A model generated the notes under the pieces. It was not told the DNA's origin. It did no database searches and saw only the letters and a program-made list of their open reading frames with translations. Positions 10,310-18,232 of a stretch of DNA of 32,000 nt are shown here, one piece after another; positions within the stretch are counted from its first letter, which is position 1, and each line of letters opens with the position of its first letter. The DNA comes from Candidatus Saccharimonadota bacterium (lineage in GTDB: Archaea; Nanobdellota; Nanobdellia; Pacearchaeales; GW2011-AR1): positions 270,001-302,000 of the forward strand of contig BPGA01000001.1 of the NCBI GenBank assembly GCA_026002795.1, written 5' to 3'. Position numbers and translations under genes: made by a program.

Positions 10310-11581
10310 TTATTTTCTTTTTGAATAAATCAACCCCCCAAGATAAAAAAATTGGCTTATTAAAGTTGCGATTCCTGCCCCAAAGGTAGCTAATAATCCC
10401 CCATATTCAAGTAAAGAGGTAATTAAAAAATAATTTAATATTACATTAATTAAGGTAGATAAAATTAATAATTTTACAACAATTTGGGGTTTCCCTTGGG
10501 ATGTAAAGTAACTAGAATAAATTCCTATTAAAGGAAGAATTATTATTAATAAGGATAAAAGTCGTAATATATTTGTTGATGGATTATAATTAGAACCATA
10601 AGCTATTAAAATAATTAAAGGAGCAAATAATAAAGTAAATATGAATAAAAGAATTCCTAAAATAAGAACAATTCTAATGGATTTTTTCATACTTTGTTCA
10701 AGTTTTTTATCTTTAATTCTGCTAAAAATTGGTAATAAAACACCCCCAAATCCGATTAAAGAAGACAAAGCGCCAACTAAACCAAGAGCAGCGGAGTAGT
10801 AACCTATAAATTCTACAGAAACAAATCTTCCAAGCATTATTTTGTCAATATAGCTAAAAAACATACCTGATAAAATTAAGAAAGCTGTCATTGAAAGAAA
10901 CCTATTTGCTTGTTTAGTTTGTCTTGAATTTAATTTCTCTTTTTTTGTTTTAATAAAATTAACGCGCTTAAAAGAAACAAAAAACATAAATACTGCTGTG
11001 ATAAAATAAGAAAAAGTTAATCCCAATATCAAATAAAACAAAATAATTTCATTAGGTAAAGAATATTTTAAAGAAAATAAAACAATCAAAGGTACTAAAA
11101 TAATTTTGGAAATTTGAAATATGATTTCTTTATGAAAAATCCCTTTAAAGTCGTTTGAAGCTTGTAAAATAAATCCGAAAAAAGTCACTATTTCAAAAAA
11201 TAAAATGTATAAAGAACCTGCAATCAAAGACAAAAAAAGTGGTTTTTGATAATGTGTTTCTGAAATAAATTTTGCTGAAAAAACTAAGATTAAAATTGCA
11301 ATAAACGTCAAAAATATTTTTATTTTTCCAAAATACACTAAATATGCTTTCGCTTTTTTCTTATTTTTTTCTCCTAATGATTTTGAAACAAACCTTATTA
11401 AAGTTTCTCCAATACCTAAGTTTGAAATAGCCGTAAAAAGCAAAATTGTAGCTAAAGCTAGATTGTAAAGACCAAAAAGTTCTGGCATGAGAAGTCTTGC
11501 TATGATTATTGTAAAAATTAAAGATCCTATTTTCCCAATAAAAATTGTTGAAAACTGAAAAATAGAGTTTTTTATTGCCAA
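10310..11581 (-). CDS. Wzx/MOP-family oligosaccharide flippase
   Basis: About 12 predicted hydrophobic helices, with N-terminal IARLLMPELFGLYNLA (R-x-L-x-P-x-x-G-x-Y motif). The start codon is TTG, so the true start is uncertain. Confidence 0.75.
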   Translation of the reverse strand: MAIKNSIFQFSTIFIGKIGSLIFTIIIARLLMPELFGLYNLALATILLFTAISNLGIGETLIRFVSKSLGEKNKKKAKAYLVYFGKIKIFLTFIAILILVFSAKFISETHYQKPLFLSLIAGSLYILFFEIVTFFGFILQASNDFKGIFHKEIIFQISKIILVPLIVLFSLKYSLPNEIILFYLILGLTFSYFITAVFMFFVSFKRVNFIKTKKEKLNSRQTKQANRFLSMTAFLILSGMFFSYIDKIMLGRFVSVEFIGYYSAALGLVGALSSLIGFGGVLLPIFSRIKDKKLEQSMKKSIRIVLILGILLFIFTLLFAPLIILIAYGSNYNPSTNILRLLSLLIIILPLIGIYSSYFTSQGKPQIVVKLLILSTLINVILNYFLITSLLEYGGLLATFGAGIATLISQFFYLGGLIYSKRK

Positions 11582-11779
11582 TTCCGGTGTGTTCCAGAAA
11601 AATTTCTTGTTTTGATTCTTTTTAAGATTTCTTTTATTTCTACTTTTTCTTCTTCGAAATCTTTTTTAAGAAATTCCATTAGTCAGTCAAACTTTTTATG
11701 TATTTAATAGTTATGAAAAACCACTGGATACGCTTTTAAAATCAAAAAATTTAAAATTATTAAGGTTTTTTATTCTATA

Positions 11780-12289
11780 ATGAAAATAGTTAGATGTTTG
11801 AAAACTTTTCTATTTATTTTATTTTTGTTTTTCTTTGTTATGTTATTTTTTAATGAAAAAGTTTATGCAGATAGTTATGAGAATTCAACTTTAAATGTTT
11901 CTGTTTATGTTAAAGAACCTATTGCAAGAGTACAAATAAATCCAAGCAACATATATTTAGGTGAAATCACAAAAGGTTATGCAACAAACAGCACAAATAT
12001 AACTTTCACAAACAATGGTGATTTAAAAATAAAAATAATGCCTGTTTTATCATCAGGAGCAAACCCTCTTTTTAACAATTTAGAGTTTAATACAGGAACT
12101 TGCACACCTAGTGCAACATGGTACAATATGAGCTCTTGGTCAGGATTAACAATAGATAAACCTTCTGAATTTGGAGGAACAAGAAGCGATTATGTTTGTA
12201 TAAGATTAAATTTAAAAAATTATGATGGAGCAGTATCAGGTAATACAAATTTAACAACGCAACTTACAATTTGGGTTATGCCTTCTTAA
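11780..12289 (+). CDS. secreted sequon-rich Ig-like surface protein (function unknown)
   Basis: Hydrophobic signal sequence ending VYA/DS. It has six N-x-S/T sequons (NST, NVS, NST, NIT, NMS, NLT) and a beta-rich composition. Confidence 0.5.
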   Translation: MKIVRCLKTFLFILFLFFFVMLFFNEKVYADSYENSTLNVSVYVKEPIARVQINPSNIYLGEITKGYATNSTNITFTNNGDLKIKIMPVLSSGANPLFNNLEFNTGTCTPSATWYNMSSWSGLTIDKPSEFGGTRSDYVCIRLNLKNYDGAVSGNTNLTTQLTIWVMPS

Positions 12290-12345
12290 TTTTTATTATT
12301 TTTTACAGCAATAATCTATAAAATAATGTAAAAAAGAATCTATTT

Positions 12346-12900
12346 ATGGTAAATAAAAGAGCTTTTTTTATTTTGTTTTTGTTTGTCTTTATAATTTTAA
12401 AAATAAATTTTTTAAATTCTATAGAAATTGGAATTTCGCCAGAAGAGATTTCTTTATACTCTTATGTAGGAGAAAAAGTTTGCTCTAATTTCTCATTAAT
12501 AGGAGAATTTAATTTTTTAGGAGAAATAAAGTGGTCTAAAGAAAAAAGTAAAGAGCTAAAGGATTATGTTCTTTCTTCAGAAGAGTTAGGAATCAAAACA
12601 TATTTTCCTAAAGAGATAAAAAAGGGAAATTATGAGGTTTGTTTTGTTGGAAATAAAAAGGGAAGTTATTATGGAGTAATTTTGTATAAAGCTGAAGGAA
12701 CAAACTATGGTGTAGGAACGTGGATAGAACTTAATTTAAAAGATAATGAGAGTATTTTAAGTTCAACGGGTTTTGTAATAAAAGAGATAAAAAATCTTGA
12801 AAACATAAATAAAATTTTAATTCTCAATCTTTTTTTGAATTTTTTAGTTTTGTTTTTTTTAATTTATCTTTCAAATAAAAAAAGAAAAAAATTAGTGTGA
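12346..12900 (+). CDS. signal-peptide protein with C-terminal TM anchor and KKRKK tail (function unknown)
   Basis: An N-terminal hydrophobic segment is followed by IEIGISPEEISL (beta-sandwich-like). The C-terminus is LILNLFLNFLVLFFLIYLSNKKRKKLV. Confidence 0.5.
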   Translation: MVNKRAFFILFLFVFIILKINFLNSIEIGISPEEISLYSYVGEKVCSNFSLIGEFNFLGEIKWSKEKSKELKDYVLSSEELGIKTYFPKEIKKGNYEVCFVGNKKGSYYGVILYKAEGTNYGVGTWIELNLKDNESILSSTGFVIKEIKNLENINKILILNLFLNFLVLFFLIYLSNKKRKKLV

Positions 12901-14421
12901 TTCTAAAAGTTTTATCATGTCTTGGAAAGCTGGCCTTGTTATTAGAATCCCTGCTGTAATTCCTATTAAAGTTGTAAATGCAAAACCCTTCAACAACCCA
13001 GCTCCTGCAAAAAAAAGTGGAAGCATCGCGGCAGCAGATGTAAAGTAAGCACCTAAAATTATTGCAAAAGCTCTTTTCATTTTTTCTTTTAAGCTTAATA
13101 TCTGTTTTTGTTTTGCTTCGTCAATTATTATAATTTGTTGATCTATTCCTGTAGCTATTGTCACTAAAATTCCTGCTATGCTTGGCAAATCAAGATTCCA
13201 TTCTATTAAAGAAGCAATTCCTAAGATAATTATCACTTCAGAAATGCTTGTTATAATTAAAGCTAAAGAAATTCCTAGTTTTTTATATTTTAAAAAAATA
13301 ATAATTGAAACTGCTAAAAAAGAGACTAAACCAGCTATTATTATTGTTCTTATAAACTCTTTTCCAAGTATTGGAGAAATAGTATCAAGTTTTATGATCT
13401 CTAATTTATAAGGAAGGCTTCCTGTAATAAGAATTGTTTGGAGTTTATGCATTTGTGCTTCTGCGTTTTTAATTGCTTCTTGTTGTGTTGTTCCAGTACC
13501 AGAACCAGAAATTAAAATTTGTGTTGTGGTAACTCCTTTAAGATTTTCGCTTATTAATAAACTATCAACTAAAGAATCATCTAAATAAAGATCAAGAGTT
13601 TTTGAAAGATATCTTCCTTGTGAGGTAAAATTTACAGAAAGGTTTTTTGTTATCTCTGCATGTCTTTGAGCTGCTTCAGGACTTAAAAATATTTCAAATC
13701 TAAAATTGCAAAAGTAATTTCCATCTTGGCTTTTTTGACATCTTTCAACAAATGCGCATCTTTGATCTCCTCTACAAACAGAAGCAATGTCTTTTTTTCC
13801 ACCCTCAAAAACCGTTTCATTACCAATTTTTGCTTCAAATTTTCCTTGTTTTGAAATTAAATCTTTAAGATCTTGCGGCGTTGCTCCTGCAATTTCAACA
13901 AGCATAAAGTTGTTTCCTTCTAGATCTGAAACAGCTCTTACTTTTAAATCAGTAAGACCAAATTCATTGAGTCTTGTTTCTGTTGTATCAACTAAATCTT
14001 GAATTTCAGAAGACGAAAGTTTTTTATCTTGAGCTTTGACAAGGGCTCGTGAACCACCAACAAGATCAAGCCCTAGTTTTACATTTGTCTTCGGAATTTC
14101 TGAAACCGTAATTTCTGGAATCTTATCTGAAAAATAAATTATTTCGTTTTCATTAGTTTTAAAAATAACTTTTACAGAATGGTTTTCAACAAATTTTCCT
14201 TTAATCGCTTGAGAAAAGTCTTGTATTGATTTTATTTTTATGTTATCTATTTGTTCTATTTTTTGGCCAGTTCTAAAACCAGAAGAAAAAGCTGTTGAAT
14301 TTGGCTCAACGCTCGTTACTAAAACCCCTTTTTCTAAAAAAAGAGGAGGAATGCTAAAAATTAAAATAAAAGAAACTACTAAAATGAAAATTAAAAGCCA
14401 AATCCTCCAACTAAGTTTCAT
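12892..14421 (-). CDS. secD: protein-export membrane protein SecD with N-terminal PDZ-like insert
   Basis: KLGLDLVGGSRALV SecD motif and a C-terminal 6-TM block. After TM1 comes GVLVTSVEPNSTAFSSGFRTGQKIEQIDNIKIKSIQDF, which looks like a PDZ domain. Confidence 0.8.
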   Translation of the reverse strand: MKLSWRIWLLIFILVVSFILIFSIPPLFLEKGVLVTSVEPNSTAFSSGFRTGQKIEQIDNIKIKSIQDFSQAIKGKFVENHSVKVIFKTNENEIIYFSDKIPEITVSEIPKTNVKLGLDLVGGSRALVKAQDKKLSSSEIQDLVDTTETRLNEFGLTDLKVRAVSDLEGNNFMLVEIAGATPQDLKDLISKQGKFEAKIGNETVFEGGKKDIASVCRGDQRCAFVERCQKSQDGNYFCNFRFEIFLSPEAAQRHAEITKNLSVNFTSQGRYLSKTLDLYLDDSLVDSLLISENLKGVTTTQILISGSGTGTTQQEAIKNAEAQMHKLQTILITGSLPYKLEIIKLDTISPILGKEFIRTIIIAGLVSFLAVSIIIFLKYKKLGISLALIITSISEVIIILGIASLIEWNLDLPSIAGILVTIATGIDQQIIIIDEAKQKQILSLKEKMKRAFAIILGAYFTSAAAMLPLFFAGAGLLKGFAFTTLIGITAGILITRPAFQDMIKLLESH

Positions 14422-15309
14422 TTTTGTTTTTTAAGAGCATACCATTTAATTAAAGAAGTATTAGTTATCCAGGTGTTTATTAAATCAAAAAACAATCCAA
14501 TAAAAATTATTGTAAGAATTTGATTTAACACTTTAGAAAGGCCTCCAACAAAAATTAATGCTAAGCCAACAGAAATTATTGCTGTAAGAGTCATGGTTGT
14601 TCCTGTTTTAAATGCAGAAAAAATTCTTCTATTTACTGATTCGTTTGTTGATTTTAAGACTTTGTTGGTTAAGAGAATGTCTGTATCTACAGAATAACCA
14701 ATTAACATTAAAAAAGCAACAATTCCTGCGCTTGAGAGTTTAATTCCTAAAAAATTTATCAAAGTTAGAGTCATGAATATATCTGCAAACGCTGAAATAA
14801 TTACTGCTAAAGATGGAATAAATGTTCTAAAAATTAAGAAAACAACTAGAGACATTAACAAAAAGGCCAGTAACAAAGAAACCATTAATTGCTTAAAAAA
14901 AGATTGACTTAATGTCGCGCCGCTAAATTCAAAACTGCTATTTTTTTCATTTAAAGTATAACCTAAATAATCTTCTAGTACAGATTTTGTTGTTTCTGGG
15001 TCTGATTTTGTTTCTAAGAATTAAAGCTATTCTTTCGTTTGTAACTAAATCATAAATTTCACGGGTCTCAAGATCTTCAAGTTTAGCATTAAGGTCTTGT
15101 TTAACTTTGTTTGAGTCAAAATTTCCGTGGATTGTAACAGATGTGCCTCCTGTAAGAGATACGTCTTTTAAAAAAAAGTCGTTGTTTGTTTGATAAAAAT
15201 AAACCATGTATACAACACAAAGAATAAAAATTAAAATAGGAATTAAAAGAAGTTTCTTATAATGTTTATCATGAAAATTTTTTAATGATGTTTTCAGTTT
15301 TTCTTTCAT
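14418..15309 (-). pseudogene. secF: protein-export membrane protein SecF, split by a +1 frameshift (or a 1-nt assembly error)
   Basis: The N-terminal ORF 15309..14947 turns to nonsense after ...ERIALI. The +1 frame then reads ETKSDPETTKSVLEDYLGYTLNEKNSSFEFSGATLSQSFFKQLMVSLLL..., continuous with ORF 14885..14418 (the SecF TM block). The junction lies between 15020 and about 15006. Confidence 0.8.
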
Positions 15310-15329
15310 TTTTTGTCTTTCATATTAAA

Positions 15330-15401
15330 TGCGCCGGCCGGGACTCGAACCCGGGCCACCTGCTTGGAAGGCAGATATACTAACCACTATACTACCGGCG
15401 C
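15330..15401 (-). tRNA. tRNA-Gly (anticodon TCC)
   Basis: A 72-nt cloverleaf was folded by hand: acceptor GCGCCGG/CCGGCGC, anticodon loop CTTCCAA, T-arm CCGGG-TTCGAGT-CCCGG. No CCA is encoded. Confidence 0.85.
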
Positions 15402-15451
15402 TTTATTTGTATAAAAATGTTAGTATGTTTTAAAGCCTTGTTATTTTTAAA

Positions 15452-15526
15452 TGCGTCCGGTAGGATTTGAACCTACGACCTTTGGGTTAGGACCCCACTG
15501 CTCTATCCAGGCTGAGCTACGGACGC
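15452..15526 (-). tRNA. tRNA-Arg (anticodon CCT)
   Basis: A 75-nt cloverleaf: acceptor GCGTCCG/CGGACGC, D-arm GCTC..GAGC, anticodon loop GTCCTAA, T-arm GTAGG-TTCAAAT-CCTAC. Confidence 0.8.
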
Positions 15527-15536
15527 AAAAAATAAA

Positions 15537-15620
15537 TGCGGAGACTAGGATTCGAACCTAGGCAGGCACTAAGCCAACGCGTCTTGAGCGCGTCCCGTTT
15601 GACCGCTCCGGCATCTCCGC
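15537..15620 (-). tRNA. tRNA-Leu (anticodon CAA), class II with long variable arm
   Basis: 84 nt: acceptor GCGGAGA/TCTCCGC, anticodon stem ACGCG/CGCGT, loop CTCAAGA, variable arm TGGCTTAGTGCC. It lies 10 nt upstream of tRNA-Arg, so co-transcription is likely. Confidence 0.85.
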
Positions 15621-15661
15621 TTTAAAAAAAGAAGTTCTGAAGAATATAAAAAACTTTAGAA
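15621..15661 (-). promoter_or_regulatory. tRNA-Leu(CAA) promoter (TATA-like TTTTTATATT about 27 nt upstream), duplicated at 21057-21097
   Basis: Read in gene orientation it is aaagttttttatattcttcagaacttctttttttaaa. This matches the sequence upstream of the second tRNA-Leu at 36 of 37 positions. Confidence 0.6.
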
Positions 15662-15715
15662 TTTCTTATAGTTTTTTAGGAATAATTATTTAAAGGGTTT
15701 GAGATAGTAAGAATA

Positions 15716-16694
15716 ATGAAAAAAATTAAAGAAGTAGTGGTTTTGCAAGATGAGGGAGGTAAATTTTCTTTTAACAAAATTATTTTTATTCTTTTAATTT
15801 TTGCTATCTTATTATACTTTGTTTTAAATACAAATATCTCTTTTTTTTTAGATATAAATAAGTTTATCAATCCTTATATTGGTTTTTTTGAAAAGCTGCT
15901 TGTTGTCTTAATTATTCTCCTTTTGACTTATCTTTTTTTAAATGTTTCAAAAAAGTTATTAAAAGGATACCTCACAAGATCAGGAAGAAGCAAAAGAAAT
16001 ATAAAATTATTTTTAACAATTTATGAGTATTTTGTTTGGTTCGTTGCTATAATTTTAACTTTTTCTATAGTATTAAAACAAGGAGCGTCTTTAATAACAT
16101 CTATTGGATTAATTGGGTTTGGCTTAACTCTTGCTCTGCAAAAGCCCATCTCTGAATTTCGCGGGATGGCTTGTAATTATTTTTAGCAGAACTTATAAAA
16201 TTGGAGATGTTATAATGATAAATAATGTTTTTGGTAAAGTTTATGATATAAGAGTTATGTATACTCATGTTAGTGAATTGAATTCTGATGGAGATTCTAC
16301 TGGAAAAGCGATTCTTATACCTAATGAATTTATATTTACACATGCCATAATAAACTATACAAAAGGAACGGGATTTATATGGGATAGTATAGCGGTTCAC
16401 TTAACTTATAAAAGCGATTGGAAAAAATCTATTAAAACTATCGAAAGAATTGTTCAAGATTATTATGATAAAAACATAAAAAAAGAAGTAGAATCAACAT
16501 TTAAAGGTTCTTTTAAAGGTTATGAAAAAATTAAAGCAAGAATAGTTGCGCATGAAAGAGGGATAACAATAAAAGTTAGATATCTTGTTAGTTTTGAAAA
16601 AGCAAATGATATAAAAGATGAATTAATGATGATTATCTTAGAGAAATTAAAAAAAGAAGAAGTCGTTTTTGGCAAAGTTGAGAATGTTAGTTGA
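15716..16694 (+). pseudogene. MscS-family small-conductance mechanosensitive channel, split by a +1 frameshift (or a 1-nt assembly error)
   Basis: Frame 1 reads ...GFGLTLALQKPIS and then nonsense. The next frame continues NFAGWLVIIFSRTYKIGDVIMINNVFGKVYDI, which is the conserved MscS pore-helix/beta-domain junction. The junction is around 16145-16157. Confidence 0.75.
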
Positions 16695-16748
16695 TGCTTA
16701 ATAGCTGATTTAGTTTTTGTCTATGAGCTTAGCTTTTTATTCAAAAGA

Positions 16749-16756
16749 TTTATAAA
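16749..16756 (+). promoter_or_regulatory. TATA box (TTTATAAA) for the 5S rRNA gene
   Basis: An archaeal TATA-like octamer is centred about 25 nt upstream of the predicted 5S 5' end. Confidence 0.5.
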
Positions 16757-16777
16757 GCCCTTTTTTATCTAATTTTT

Positions 16778-16891
<114 letters not shown>

Positions 16892-16905
16892 TCTTTATTA
16901 TTTTT

Positions 16906-17169
16906 ATGACAAAAAAACTTTCAAAAAAAGAGGTGGAAAACCAAATAAAAACCTTTTTTTCTAATATAAAAAACAAATCTCCAAGAGAAATTAAAAAAAT
17001 TAAAAAGTTAGCGATGAGTAAAAATATCCACTTAGGAGAGTACAGAAAACTTTTTTGTAAGAGGTGTTTCAGCGTTTTTAAATTTCCAAAGATTAGAATT
17101 AAAAATAAAGTAAAAATTGTTGTGTGTGAAAATTGTGGTTATAAAAGTAGATGGAAATTAAAAAAATAA
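16906..17169 (+). CDS. rnp4: RNase P protein component 4 (Rpp21/Rpr2 family)
   Basis: FCKRCFSVFKFPKIRIKNKVKIVVCENCGYKSRW is the Rpr2 zinc-ribbon pattern (CxxC...R[IV]...CxxCG..R). The N-terminal helix is basic. Confidence 0.65.
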   Translation: MTKKLSKKEVENQIKTFFSNIKNKSPREIKKIKKLAMSKNIHLGEYRKLFCKRCFSVFKFPKIRIKNKVKIVVCENCGYKSRWKLKK

Positions 17170-17170
17170 G

Positions 17171-17368
17171 TTAAGATTTTTTGAACTTACTTACAAGCTC
17201 TATATAATCTTCTTGGCCTAAAAACATTGCTCTACAACAATATCTTTCTAAGCCTAGAGAATCCAAAACTTTTCCAGCTTTCTCTCCAGAGTTTACTCTT
17301 TTTTTAAACTCTTCCCACAGGTGTGCAATTGGTTTTCCGCAAGAGAAACACCTTATAGGGATTATCAT
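17171..17368 (-). CDS. rpoN: DNA-directed RNA polymerase subunit N (Rpo10)
   Basis: MIIPIRCFSCGKPIAHLWEEF...LGLERYCCRAM is the canonical Rpb10/RpoN sequence. The start was moved to the ATG at 17368. Confidence 0.9.
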   Translation of the reverse strand: MIIPIRCFSCGKPIAHLWEEFKKRVNSGEKAGKVLDSLGLERYCCRAMFLGQEDYIELVSKFKKS

Positions 17369-17448
17369 TAAAATAATTCTCAAAAAGCCTTTTTAAAACT
17401 TCCTATATTTTTAAAAAAATTTAAAAATAAAAATTTCTTGATTTGTTT

Positions 17449-17598
17449 ATGAAAAAGTGCATTTATTGCAAAAAAGAAGTTTCTGATGAAAGCGTTGTTG
17501 ATTTTTGTGAAAGTTGTGGATTAAAGGTTTGGGGCGATAGAATGTTTAATGCAATAATTCAAAACATGAAAGATGCAAAGTCTAGGGGCGATTTTTAA
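17449..17598 (+). CDS. small zinc-ribbon protein (49 aa), function unknown
   Basis: This ORF was translated by hand and is not in the supplied track: MKKCIYCKKEVSDESVVDFCESCGLKVWGDRMFNAIIQNMKDAKSRGDF, with CxxC...CxxC. Confidence 0.45.
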   Translation: MKKCIYCKKEVSDESVVDFCESCGLKVWGDRMFNAIIQNMKDAKSRGDF

Positions 17599-17641
17599 GA
17601 TAAATAGGTAATTTTTTAAATTATCTTATTCTTGAAAAATA

Positions 17642-17908
17642 ATGGTAAGAGGAAAAAGGATAAGAGAAAAAGGAAAAATAAAACTAAGTAGGTATTTTCA
17701 GGAGTTAAATATAGGAGATTTTGTTGCAATAGATATAGAAAAAGCAATATCAATAAACTTTCCAAAAAGGTTGCAGGGAAGAACAGGGATAATTAAAGAA
17801 AAACGCGGAAGAGCTTATGTTGTAAAAGTTAGAGATCAATCTAAAGAAAAAGAGTTCATAATAGAGCCGGTACATTTAAAAAAAATAAAAACGTTAACAG
17901 GAAGGTAA
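17642..17908 (+). CDS. rpl21e: 50S ribosomal protein L21e
   Basis: MVRGKRIREKGKIKLSRYFQELNIGDFVAIDI...GRTGIIKEKRGRAYVVKV matches the L21e family pattern. Confidence 0.9.
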   Translation: MVRGKRIREKGKIKLSRYFQELNIGDFVAIDIEKAISINFPKRLQGRTGIIKEKRGRAYVVKVRDQSKEKEFIIEPVHLKKIKTLTGR

Positions 17909-17909
17909 A

Positions 17910-18227
17910 ATGATAAAAAAATTTCAGTCTTTAAGTATGGCAGAGACTCTTGCTTATTTAAATGAAAAAGAAGAAAAAGAAGCAGAGTTAGTAAAGTTTA
18001 TTAGAAAGTTTACAAAATTAAAGCCTGAAGAAGCTCAAAAGATTAGAAGAAAAATTTTAAGTTTAGGAAATATAAAAATTAAGGAAGAACACATTTCAAA
18101 AATTATAGATATTATGCCCGAAGATATAGAAAGCATAAATAAAATATTTGCAGAAGTGTCTCTTGATGAAAATGAAACAAAAGAATTACTTAATATCATA
18201 TCAGAATTTAAACAAAATGTCTCATAA
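17910..18227 (+). CDS. rpoF: DNA-directed RNA polymerase subunit F (Rpo4)
   Basis: FTKLKPEEAQKIRRKIL and ISKIIDIMPEDIESINKIFAEV parallel the conserved RpoF helices. The conserved L21e-rpoF-DUF655 synteny supports the call. Confidence 0.8.
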   Translation: MIKKFQSLSMAETLAYLNEKEEKEAELVKFIRKFTKLKPEEAQKIRRKILSLGNIKIKEEHISKIIDIMPEDIESINKIFAEVSLDENETKELLNIISEFKQNVS

Positions 18228-18232
18228 AAAAA

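Noticed and set aside
11572-11679. Possible N-terminal extension of the Wzx flippase. A 35-codon ORF (MEFLKKDFEEEKVEIKEILKRIKTRNFSGTHRNWQ*) ends where the flippase TTG start lies, which would imply a third (-1) frameshift.
   Set aside because: The extension is K/E low-complexity sequence with no flippase motif, and the flippase already begins with a plausible pre-TM1 segment. The evidence is too weak to call a frameshift. Only the TTG start is flagged as uncertain.
15676-16400. Minus-strand ORFs 15676-15870 and 16101-16400.
   Set aside because: They are antisense to the MscS channel gene, and the second spans the MscS frameshift region. Their composition is typical of shadow ORFs.
16695-16760. 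Possible C/D-box sRNA (TTGATGC ... CTGA) downstream of the MscS gene.
   Set aside because: Box C is imperfect, only 7 nt separate it from the CTGA, and there is no second C'/D pair or terminal stem. This does not fit archaeal C/D sRNA geometry.
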